Source: Mayamaea pseudoterrestris (Eukaryota). From it: a stretch of DNA of 64,000 nucleotides. Positions 18,777-28,819 of the stretch are shown here, piece after piece. The stretch covers positions 1,240,001 through 1,304,000 of the forward strand of contig BROI01000003.1 of the NCBI GenBank assembly GCA_027923505.1, written 5' to 3'. How positions within the stretch are numbered: position 1 is the stretch's first letter; each line of letters begins with the position of its first letter. The position numbers were made by a program, and so were the translations under genes. A model generated the notes under the pieces. The model was not told the origin of the DNA and searched no databases. It worked only from the letters and a program-made list of their open reading frames with translations.

Positions 18777-21035
18777 TCACCAGTCATCCGAAGGAACAGG
18801 TGCACGAGAAACGATCCGGATGCACTCGTGCCGGACGGCAAACGCCTTGAGTCGGTGATAATCCATCTGCACTCTCCAGATGCAACTTTGAATCGATGTT
18901 TTACCGTCCAGACAACCTGCATCACATAGCTCTTGGAACATTGTTTTATCGGTTCGCTCTTCATTTCCAGCCACCGAATCTGTCTTCTTTTCGCCCGCGC
19001 CACTGGGACTTGCCACCGATGCTTGATTGTCCCTGTCGACCTTAACTAGGAACTCTAGCAAGTGGAGCACGACTCGTCGCGATCGCAACCATACAGCCAT
19101 ACTATAAAGGTTTTCCTCCAAGGCTTCCCTCCATTCAACGTCATCAGCTTCCGCGGAGTGGTGGCTATGATGTAACACTTGCTGGAGCTTTGTATGTGGT
19201 GACAGGCTCTCCATTTGATGGCGCAAATAGGCAAATTGGCTGTCGGTAGAGCTTACCATCAGGTTCATGCACTCGCCTAACGATTTACCCGAAGTCAAAA
19301 TGCTCACCAAAAGAAACGAGTTAACCTGCGGACCAAACGTTTGCACAAACTCCAGCGCATACTCATGGACGTTGTCAATGGAAGAACAGCAAAACACACT
19401 AGTCCTCGCCAACGCGGGCGACGCAAAGCACACTCCCTGACCAATCAAGTATGTAGCAAGTTCCATGGCGATCTGTAGAGGCAAGTTTGCTTCAATGGCA
19501 ATCTCCTTGAGTGACTTTTGCGGACTGATCGTAGTTAGTAATTGATGCAACCGCGGAGCAGCAGAAGTCAAACTGGCCAACAGTTTTGACGGAGACACTT
19601 TAGGAAACAAAAGGGTATGATACGGTCGAAGTCCAGACACTGACGATTCGCTATAGTTCGGTCGCCCAGCGATAGCATCAATGGCCACTTCAACATGTTG
19701 GTTGACGTAAATGATTCCATTGCCGCCTAGCAAGTCCAAGGGCGATTGGTGATCGCTTCGTCGCGCCAACGCGTGGTAGAATGCCACCAATTCTTGCGCC
19801 AAGTTTCCGCAATGGCCTCTGTCTAGCAAATGTGATAGCTCATCATCCGCCGCAGTGGTGGGAGTGCGAGCACTGCTAGCAGCCGAATCGTCGCCGTCCA
19901 AGGAATCCGCATCATCATCCGCAGGAGGAAGTTCAGGAGGTGCGTCTAACGATAACGCGAGAATCGCTTCCATTGCTTCTCGCTCCTCATCCAACGTTTC
20001 AATCACGCTGACACTTGGCTCATTCAACTGAGACCGTTCAGTATCCTGCGCTGGACGCTCGTTCACTTCTCGCTCCAAGTTCCAGGAAGCGTTGCGACGA
20101 TGCGAACGTTTTTGCGGTCCTTCGGACGTTGTCGTTTGCTGGTGGTGGGACTGCGACGTGACAACACTCTTGGACCCCATGGAGGCTGGACTAGTCGTCA
20201 CGTTGGTTTGCGCATTCATTTGCTGCTGCTGCATCTTTTTGTTTCCCGCTGCTTGCTGTCGACTCTTGGAAACATTGGATCGTATCTGCTTGAACAGTTG
20301 ACATTGCAAGGAAATGTATTGACACCGTCGTTCCTCGCGCAGCAATATGCGACTGATGCGGGCCAGCGAAACATGAACACGTCGAATACATTGAAAGGAT
20401 GGCGAAACTTCGCTCTCGTGCGACTTTGGGATGCTGAGTCTGCCTTGAACGTCGGACAGGGAGCGATGGTTGCTGCGCTGAGGTGCACCTCCTCCACCAT
20501 CCGCCCCACTCTGTTGCTCCGGCAAAGCATTCGTATTCTCCGATACCCATCCATTGATTGGAACTGTTGAGGATTGCCCACGAGGAGCAAGCGCGACAAC
20601 GACGCTAAAGAGCGAAAGGTGACTGTCGTCGTTGCCATTTTCTGGATCAGCCGTCAGGGCGTACTGAAAGTTTTTCGTCGAATCATTCTCATTCGACAGG
20701 AGCGTCGCACAGCAGCAAAATAGTGTTTCTCCCACGGATAGTGTCATGGCTTGTCCACATAGTGGCGGTTTGGGACGAAACAGCTTTGCCATTTGTCGTG
20801 GTGTGAGGCGAAAAAAGTCGTCGTTCGTTTTGTCGTCGTCCACTTGAGGCTCGATTGGATAGCGCAGCGCCATGTGAGCCCCATGGCCAATCTGGTCTAC
20901 AATCAGTGCTACTCCAAGGACTATGAATGGACAGCTCTCGTTAGTTTTATCACTGTATACGCGTTGATTCGTCATGGTGGTGCTCTTTTGAAATGTGAGA
21001 TGCGCCGCGCTCGCGCGGTCGAAGGTTTGTCGCAT
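18777..21035 (-). CDS. NPRL3: GATOR1 subunit NPRL3/NPR3-like protein
   Basis: Longin-like N-terminus (ALRYP, MAKLFRPKPPLCGQ, LSLFSVVVAL), LLREERRCQYIS, LRPYHTLLFP, winged-helix-like PQKSLKEIA, MAVWL. Confidence 0.8.
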   Translation of the reverse strand: MRQTFDRASAAHLTFQKSTTMTNQRVYSDKTNESCPFIVLGVALIVDQIGHGAHMALRYPIEPQVDDDKTNDDFFRLTPRQMAKLFRPKPPLCGQAMTLSVGETLFCCCATLLSNENDSTKNFQYALTADPENGNDDSHLSLFSVVVALAPRGQSSTVPINGWVSENTNALPEQQSGADGGGGAPQRSNHRSLSDVQGRLSIPKSHESEVSPSFQCIRRVHVSLARISRILLREERRCQYISLQCQLFKQIRSNVSKSRQQAAGNKKMQQQQMNAQTNVTTSPASMGSKSVVTSQSHHQQTTTSEGPQKRSHRRNASWNLEREVNERPAQDTERSQLNEPSVSVIETLDEEREAMEAILALSLDAPPELPPADDDADSLDGDDSAASSARTPTTAADDELSHLLDRGHCGNLAQELVAFYHALARRSDHQSPLDLLGGNGIIYVNQHVEVAIDAIAGRPNYSESSVSGLRPYHTLLFPKVSPSKLLASLTSAAPRLHQLLTTISPQKSLKEIAIEANLPLQIAMELATYLIGQGVCFASPALARTSVFCCSSIDNVHEYALEFVQTFGPQVNSFLLVSILTSGKSLGECMNLMVSSTDSQFAYLRHQMESLSPHTKLQQVLHHSHHSAEADDVEWREALEENLYSMAVWLRSRRVVLHLLEFLVKVDRDNQASVASPSGAGEKKTDSVAGNEERTDKTMFQELCDAGCLDGKTSIQSCIWRVQMDYHRLKAFAVRHECIRIVSRAPVPSDDW

Positions 21036-21221
21036 CGTTATTTCCTAGCTAGCCGTCAATTCCAACAGCAATTTTGAAGCTGCAAGAGTGCCGAGGACAA
21101 CCTGTTATAAACTTTTTGAGTATTATTGATCAACTGACATCTATTTATTTAGAAGAGAAAATCATCTTATCTTTCACTACGACATGCATCACGAATTCAC
21201 ATTTCGACCACATTGAACAAA

Positions 21222-22082
21222 TTAAACAACCTTCTGCGGACGCTTCTTTGCATTTGGCTCAACGCCATCAACCAAGGCCTGCACATTGTTGACAAACGCC
21301 TTTTTGAACAAGCGGTGCTTCCAGTAAAAGTCAATGTACCAAACGAAAAACGGAATGCCTTCGTTCGGCATGAAGGTCTTGCGCGCAAACTCGGTTCCAC
21401 ATGCCTCAACAATGCTTCCAATCTCAAACTTGCTGGCATGCTTGACAATCTTGGCAATCTGCGGCTTGACCTCCTTGGGCGTAAAGTAGGCGCGCAAAAG
21501 TGGAAGACCAATCTCCTCCTCCTCGGCCAAGTGCGGCAACAGGTCCTTCTCGTAGTCGGTAATGGTTTTGAGCAGGGCGTCAACGTTGTCGTTGACTTTG
21601 ATGGCCATGACCAAGGTTTCGACCTGCTTGAGCTGCGAGACAATGCCATCATGGTCTTCAGTGAGCTGTGTGTAAGAGGGCGAGACAATAAATTGGAAAG
21701 ATGTTAAGTGTCAGATTATGTTTCGTCGAGTCACACTTCTACAGGCTCGTTCCAGCAATTGACGACTCACCCTATCCGGATACTTGGCGCGCTTCGTGAT
21801 GAACGGCGTCATGATGTCATCCTCACTGGAATGATGCCCATGAATGTGATCCAAGTGCGCCGCCGCCGCCGTCTGCAAGGCCTTGATTTCCCATTCCTCC
21901 TTGACTCCTCCGCGCGCCTGCAAGGCCGCCACGGCCGCCTTGAGTTTCGCCGCTTCGTTGCGAAGCGCATTGTGCGACAGGACCCAACCATCCTCCTTCA
22001 TGGGATAGGTCCATGTCGAGGTCTTGTCAGGCTGAAAGTCCTTGGAGACTTGGTACTGAGGGTCGCAAGGGTCAATGGTCAT
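21222..22082 (-). CDS. Hemerythrin-like (HHE cation-binding) domain protein; join(21771..22082,21222..21665)
   Basis: SHNALRNE, HIHGHHSSEDD, EDHDGI, PHLAEEE ligand pattern. GT-AG intron 21666-21770 restores the frame. Confidence 0.8.
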
Positions 22083-22488
22083 GCTGCTCGCTGGTGTTGT
22101 ATACGCGTTGACTTGAGAGAGTGAATCGAGAATGCAATCTTTTGAACTTGTGAAGGCTTGAAGCGCGTCACCATGCAGGTTCTGCCCCTGCCAGATGGCA
22201 TGCAAGTTGTTCTTCCGCCATGTTTCGAATCACAAGATGACCTTCGTTGAACACCAAGGGGCAGCGGTAATGTTGAAGATCGCAGCAGTCATCAGTCCCA
22301 CTTGCAATGCAGCTGTTTCATAGTTAACCCCATACTCTCTTATTCATCAACATCACTCATACTTAGGGTTGTCACGTTCTTCCTCGACAACCCGGAGGCG
22401 CGTCGGCGCGGGCCTCACAATTTCGTCGATCGGCGACTGGCGCATTGCTACTTTCTCGACCGACTTCCATCATCCTCATACATACACC

Positions 22489-23741
22489 ATGACCAAGTTT
22501 GCAGGTAGGTGCAACAATGGGGCAATGGAGGAAATATCTATGTAATGGAACGAGATAGACGAAGAGAAGTGATATCGTCGCATTGGCTCTGGATGGGATG
22601 AGACGCCGCGATGGGCGATGCATTTCTTCTTTCTCCTTGACCATCGCACGATTCTTTGATCCGTCTCGTCGCACTCTTGCTGATTCTCAACATCTCCTTT
22701 CACAACTATTTCACAGGAATCCTCATGGGAATGGGAAACCCCTTGCTCGACATTAGCGCCAATGTCGACCAAGCCTTGCTGGACAAGTACGAGCTCAAGC
22801 TCGACACTGCCATTCTCGCCGAAGACAAGCACCAGCCACTGTACCAGGAACTAGTCACAAAGTATTCCGACACGGTCCAATACATTGCCGGCGGCGCCAC
22901 GCAAAACAGCATGCGCGTTGCTCAATGGATGCTCCAGACAAACCAAATGTCCAACATGGTGGCGTTTTTGGGATGCGTCGGCAAGGACGACTACGGCAAC
23001 AAGCTGGAGCAGTGCGCCACCAAGGATGGCGTCACGGTGCACTACATGAAGGACGAGTCCGCGCCCACGGGAACGTGCGCCGCATTGATTGTGGGAGGTG
23101 AGCGTGCGCTCGTGGCCAACTTGGCGGCGGCCAATAACTTTCAACAGAGTCACTTGGAGACACCCAAAGCAAAGGAGATTGTGCAGTCGGCGCAGTTTTA
23201 CTACTGTGCTGGATTCTTTCTGACGGTGAGTGTCGAGTCGCTGGTGCTAGTGGCGGAACATGCCGTGGCCAACAAGAAAACGTTTTGCTTGAACCTGAGC
23301 GCTCCGTTCATTGTCGACTTCTTTGGAGATCAATTGGCGACTGCCTTGGAGTATGCCGACTACTTGTTTGGCAATGAGAGCGAGGCGGCCGCCTACGGCA
23401 AGAAGAATGGTCTCGGCGAAGATTTGAAGGAGATTGCCTTGGCCATTTGCAAACTACCCAAGAAGGACGACACTCGTCCTCGCACCGTCGTGTTTACGCA
23501 GGGTAGCAAGTCCACCTTGGTTGCCTGCGACGGCAAGGTGAACGAGTATGCCGTCGAACCATTGGCGGAGGACAAGCTTGTTGATACGAATGGAGCTGGT
23601 GACGCCTTTGTTGGAGGTTTCCTGAGCCAATTGGTGCAAGGCAAGGATATTGAAGCTGCTGTCAATGCTGGCCACTGGGCGGCTCGCTACATTATTCAAA
23701 CTTCGGGAACGACCTTGAGTGACGAATGCACCTTTCAGTGA
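22489..23741 (+). CDS. ADK: Adenosine kinase (PfkB family); join(22489..22504,22717..23741)
   Basis: MTKFA|GILMGMGNPLLDIS, IAGGATQNS, NLSAPF, GNESEA, VDTNGAGDAFVGGFL. Confidence 0.93.
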
Positions 23742-24446
23742 GGTGCTTGGAGAGCGTACATGTAATAGTTGGGTTAAGGTTACGACGTTACAGTAAACAT
23801 TAATTACTAGACATTTGGGAAGATGAGCTTTTTGTGGCTCGTCCTCGTCATTGACAATTTTGCTGTCAGACGATTATAAATTAGCCGCAAGAACCGGACT
23901 TACGGCTTAATAAACCACATAGTAGATCAATCACCATTGATTACAGTTCATTCCATGTAGCATAAAGATGAAACTATCATAGACCTTGTTCCTGGGTGAT
24001 TTCTCGAGGCAGCACAGGCAACAGACATGGACAAGGCATATGAGAATGTTAAGGCGGTCAGAGAAGCTTAAATTTTTACAAAGGGATCAATATGATAGCA
24101 GACAGTAAAGTTCTTCGTGAGCATTCCGATTTGCTGGATCGGTGGCAGATATCATTGGCTGTCCCGCCAGCGAATCGACAAAAGTTGATGTTACTTTGTG
24201 TTTCGTCTAACACCTATTCTGTATTCTGTCTCTCGGTGCAAGCTCGACCTCTGCCATGCATCTGCACGAGAAGAGGTACGTATTAGCAACAGAAATTGAA
24301 GGATTTTTGTCACTCGGAAACATCGATGCACCTCTCTTGGCGAATTAGCGAAGGAATTTGTCACACGATCGAAAGACGAATCACGACTCGGCAATTGTCC
24401 AAATCTCTCGTTCATTTGGTTGACAACTCACGACAGACTAGCAAGC

Positions 24447-25670
24447 ATGCAAATTGTTCCTCGCATTCCAATTGACAAGGTTGCGCTCGACGAGGCGACT
24501 GCCATGATGATGCATCCGCGAATGCGCTTGGGATACAGTGGGACGGCAGCGCTGCTACTGCTCGCCTTTTACGTGACGATTACGACGCTTCCAAATGAAG
24601 GCCGATTCTTGCGCGCAACGTTAGTTGATACCTCGTTCCAGGGTGCCATGGCTTTTTTGGAGTCTGATGACCTGCAGCGTCAAAATGGACCGATAGTCAT
24701 CGCCAAGGAAGTAGTTCTACCATTCAACAAGTCCTTTGTCAAGCAGGCGACTGAAGCGGCACACGATGCGCTCAAGATTGCCTTACTCTTATCCTTCCCC
24801 AACAGCGGAACGTCCTATACACTTTCCTTGATAAGGCACTTGACCATGACTAGCACTGCTACGAATTATGGAAACGAGCTTGCCGACGGTCGCGAGCCCG
24901 TCCCCGTCTTTGACGACCAGCCGGATGGCCCATTTTGGTACGAGCCGTTGACGCAGCCTGCTAATTACACGCACCCAACCAGCTACGTTATGACCAAGAC
25001 TCACTGTGGTTTGCGCTGCGAAGATTGTCCGCCGCAAAATTACGTCGAAACAACCTTTTCATTTCGGCGCAACTGCCTGAGCGGGGGGAGGATCTCTGCT
25101 CTTGGTAAAAAGGAGTTTGTCAACTACCCGGCAACCAAGGTTACAAAGGCAATTCATCTCATTCGCAATCCTATCGACAATGTTGTTGCACGGTTTAATA
25201 TGGAGCGTCGCAAGACAACCGCCTCGCAGCAGTTGTATCCAAAGTCGAGAGAAGGCTTCTTGGAGTTTTGCCAGCACATGAATGATAGGTACAGTGCCGA
25301 AGAAAACCGGGCTCATTTCATTCATCAGTCCATTTTGGCCACAATGCAAAATGTCCCCTGTCGTGCTGACTTTATTCGCTACGTTGAATGGCACAACTTG
25401 GCATTTGCAACTACCAGCGACATGCAACTTGAAACATACAATCTCCATTACGATTGGTACGGCAGTCGCTTCAACGAGACTGTTGACGAGCTTGTCACCT
25501 TTCTTGATGCCAATATTCGCGGGCAGCCGGAACCATTTCTGTCCGATAAGGTTTACACGGATTATTTCACCTATGAGCAGCGTGCCAGAGTCAAGCTCGC
25601 CGTGAAAACCATGGCATCGACCGAAACTTGGCGTCACATTCGCCAATACTTTGATGAAGCAGACGAGTAG
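24447..25670 (+). CDS. Type II membrane sulfotransferase-like (P-loop) protein
   Basis: N-terminal TM anchor; LLSFPNSGTSYT (5'-PSB-like), TKTH, IHLIRNPIDNVVARF (3'-PB-like), LHYD. Confidence 0.7.
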   Translation: MQIVPRIPIDKVALDEATAMMMHPRMRLGYSGTAALLLLAFYVTITTLPNEGRFLRATLVDTSFQGAMAFLESDDLQRQNGPIVIAKEVVLPFNKSFVKQATEAAHDALKIALLLSFPNSGTSYTLSLIRHLTMTSTATNYGNELADGREPVPVFDDQPDGPFWYEPLTQPANYTHPTSYVMTKTHCGLRCEDCPPQNYVETTFSFRRNCLSGGRISALGKKEFVNYPATKVTKAIHLIRNPIDNVVARFNMERRKTTASQQLYPKSREGFLEFCQHMNDRYSAEENRAHFIHQSILATMQNVPCRADFIRYVEWHNLAFATTSDMQLETYNLHYDWYGSRFNETVDELVTFLDANIRGQPEPFLSDKVYTDYFTYEQRARVKLAVKTMASTETWRHIRQYFDEADE

Positions 25671-25737
25671 ATTGCGGAGCAGACGAATTCAATAAAGATG
25701 CGAACATTATAGTCAAAGTTGTGTTTCGCCACAACAT

Positions 25738-27633
25738 TTACTTATTCATGAGCGCCGACAGCCGACCTGTTAAATTGTGTCTCGTTGCAAACCATAGCGT
25801 TGACGTTGCTAGAACTCCAGCGCTGCACTGCATTGCTCCACTCAATCCCGTGTAGTCAGCCAACGTGCCAATCGAAGACGCTCCAACGAGAAATCCAACA
25901 TCGCCGCACGTCCTCAGCAACGCCAAGGCCTGCGCTCGCTCGGCGTTGCTCACCTTGTCCGTCACGTAGGCCACTGGCGCAGTGCTAAGCATGGACGATC
26001 CAATCGCCCACGTCCCCAGTGCAAACGACAGTCCAGTGTATGTTTCACAAAAGGAAAGACCGGCCATGGACGCACTAATCAGACTGCATCCCGCTAGAAT
26101 GGCTGGAGCCTTGCCGACGCGATCGGTAATCTTGGCAAAGACTGGATTTCCAAATATTTGCACCATGCTCATGGCCGCATACACTTGACCAATCTGCATG
26201 GCCGACATGGCCAAGCCATTGGTATCTGTCAATATTAGCGGAAGCAGCGTCATTTGTGCACCGGCAAGTGCCACCCAGTACATGCCGTTCATAATGAGTA
26301 CACTTTGAATGCCTGGCTGCTTCCACAGCGGCGCCCATTGCGCCAAGGCCTTTTTCGTCGAGCTTGCAACGCTTTCATTGCTACCCTTTTTGTGATGCAG
26401 CTCATGTTTCTGCCACGGAAACACGGTTGGTGTTGGTTTCGTCTCGGTCATAATGACTCGATTCAACGCCGCCACTCCCATGAAGCACGCACCCGTCAGG
26501 TAAAAGGTGGCATGCAATCCCACAACATCCACCAACACACCTCCGAGCGCCGTGCCGGCACTGAACGCACTCATGATAGGCGCAATCGTCGTGGCCCGGT
26601 TCAGCGGCGTGGAAACGTCCGTCATCATCATGGTGCCGCCCGTGCTCAAGGCGGCGACACCCACACCCGTGAGCAATCGACAAACATACAATTGTTCGAA
26701 ACTCGACGACAAGCCAATGCCAGCGACACCAACGGCAATCAAGCCGAGACTGTACGTCATGTACGGTTTGCGTCCATGTCGCTCCACGGCAATGGCGGAG
26801 GGAACGTTGGCCAGCATTTTGGCCAAGCCAAAGGCCGACACGACGAGTCCAAACTGACTCGACGAAAGCTCCAGTTCTTGAACAATAAAGGGCATGGCGG
26901 GACTTAAAATGCCGACGGATAGGCCCACGAGCAGCATGCTGGAAATGATGGGAGCGGTGCGTTGGTAGTCGACTTGCAGTGCGTGGTTGTGGAGAATATT
27001 GCAAAAGTCGGATTGGGAAATTGATAGAGTGCTGCTGCTGTCTACGGCGTTGAATGCGCTATTGCTCCTCTTCTCCTTGTCGTCGTCACTGTCAAGAACA
27101 GATATTCTGGTCGCTGCATTGCTACTATCTTTAAAAAGCAGTTGGAGAAGCTGCTCGGCTTCCATGGTCGCATAAATGTTCCGTCTCGCATCGAGGTTGG
27201 TCACGTGATTGTCTTGCTTCATCGTCATATGCGGCAAGCTATTCTCTTGTTCCATCTCTTTTATCCGTTGCAGTAAATATGGTTGTAGATTGTCGATAGT
27301 AAGGGACTCGTCTCCTTTGGTAATTTCCTGAAAGCGTCGCTCCAGCTCTAAGGGTCGGAAGGTTTCCAGTCGCAAGTACTTGTAGTAGCGAACGAGATGT
27401 TTGCGTTTCTCCAGCGAGTTCCGAAACGGCAATACAGTAGTTATTCGAGAAAATAAACTTTTCGGCGAGTCATTGCTGGAAGAAGAAAATGCTTTAGAGA
27501 AACGGTGTATTGATGGCGACCGATGAGGTGATGGGGGATCAATAGCGAGGAACAACGATGCTGCCGCTCGTTTCCGAATCACTCCACTGCTTCGACTTGA
27601 CAGTCGCATTGCAAAGCAGAGACTAGAAGACAT
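25738..27633 (-). CDS. MFS transporter (DHA1/MFS_1-like) with a long soluble N-terminal extension
   Basis: About 12 TM helices; AVERHGRKP and ITDRVGKAP motif A; CRLLTGVG motif B. R/S-rich presequence-like N-terminus. Confidence 0.85.
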   Translation of the reverse strand: MSSSLCFAMRLSSRSSGVIRKRAAASLFLAIDPPSPHRSPSIHRFSKAFSSSSNDSPKSLFSRITTVLPFRNSLEKRKHLVRYYKYLRLETFRPLELERRFQEITKGDESLTIDNLQPYLLQRIKEMEQENSLPHMTMKQDNHVTNLDARRNIYATMEAEQLLQLLFKDSSNAATRISVLDSDDDKEKRSNSAFNAVDSSSTLSISQSDFCNILHNHALQVDYQRTAPIISSMLLVGLSVGILSPAMPFIVQELELSSSQFGLVVSAFGLAKMLANVPSAIAVERHGRKPYMTYSLGLIAVGVAGIGLSSSFEQLYVCRLLTGVGVAALSTGGTMMMTDVSTPLNRATTIAPIMSAFSAGTALGGVLVDVVGLHATFYLTGACFMGVAALNRVIMTETKPTPTVFPWQKHELHHKKGSNESVASSTKKALAQWAPLWKQPGIQSVLIMNGMYWVALAGAQMTLLPLILTDTNGLAMSAMQIGQVYAAMSMVQIFGNPVFAKITDRVGKAPAILAGCSLISASMAGLSFCETYTGLSFALGTWAIGSSMLSTAPVAYVTDKVSNAERAQALALLRTCGDVGFLVGASSIGTLADYTGLSGAMQCSAGVLATSTLWFATRHNLTGRLSALMNK

Positions 27634-27918
27634 GGTTCTCTATTGTATCAACAGGTATGTACACAAAATAAGACTAATTCCTGCTGACTCGATCGGCATT
27701 GTGATAGCTCATGGTGGTCGAGGCGCGGAACAAGGGCGAAGGCGATCGGAACGAAAACTGTGACGTCACGTCATAACCGCTACGACATCAAAAATGAGCG
27801 ACGGACGGAGCAGCATCGACCGCGACCATGACGCTGCCAACATCGCTGCCACTCTCGCTCGTATAAGTACTTTCCCTAATCGACTTCATACACTATCGGC
27901 TGCCCTTGATTACAGTGT

Positions 27919-28395
27919 ATGATGAATAAAAGAGGAAACATTGGATCTTCAACGCCTGCATTACTTGTTGCTTCGACGACAATTTGCCTCGCGCTGACTT
28001 TTTTGCTGTGGTGGCCTATCAACTACAAAAGTAGCAACGACAAGACGACAAGCAAGTCGTCTCCAATATTCACGTTGCTCGTGACGTTAACCTTTGACAG
28101 TATCGAGAGCAAGAACGATTTCATGACTGCCTTGCGTCCGCTCGCTGCATACGTGCAAGCCAGCGAACCAAACACGCTCGCCTACCAGTTGCTCGAGTCG
28201 GACTCCAATCCACTTCAGGTGACAATGCTAGAACGTTATGTAAACAAGCAAGCCGACTACTTGGAGAAACACAAGTCGTCGAGAGAGTTTCAGGAGTTTC
28301 GAGCCAAGCTGACGGCAATGCAAGCAAACAAGCTAGTTACAGTCACGGGGCAATCTTATCTAGACAGTAGCATTGGATATATCAAAAGCACATGA
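27919..28395 (+). CDS. ABM/Dabb-like (antibiotic biosynthesis monooxygenase fold) protein with N-terminal TM
   Basis: YVQASEPNTLAYQL...LERY...HKSS.EF pattern. Confidence 0.7.
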   Translation: MMNKRGNIGSSTPALLVASTTICLALTFLLWWPINYKSSNDKTTSKSSPIFTLLVTLTFDSIESKNDFMTALRPLAAYVQASEPNTLAYQLLESDSNPLQVTMLERYVNKQADYLEKHKSSREFQEFRAKLTAMQANKLVTVTGQSYLDSSIGYIKST

Positions 28396-28819
28396 GAGAG
28401 TTTGGTGGAAGAATGAATGCATGCTGTGTGAACAATGTCAAGCGGCGAAAGAAGCGTTCGTTGGCGCGCGCTCGCTGAATCGCTGCCAGGCAAAGAGCCA
28501 ATTTGATGCGAGTCGCTACGCATGAGACGCCGCATAGTTAGCCGGAAACTTTTGCGAAACAGTTGATTTGAAATACCGGTACTGTATTCTACTTTAAGTA
28601 GATGCAACGGAGTTTGCACGTTTTGTTATCCGTCTGGTGTTACGGGTCGCATCGGTTCACCGAGTGACTGATCGTCGCATCGGTTTACCAAGTGACTGCC
28701 ATTACCAAGACGGATGTCTCGCCGCCATGATCATTACTCATGTACCAGTAGCCATCAACTTGCATTAGACTACCCATTCTACTACTTCCCAGTCTTTCAC
28801 AGCAGTGCCGCCAATAGTC

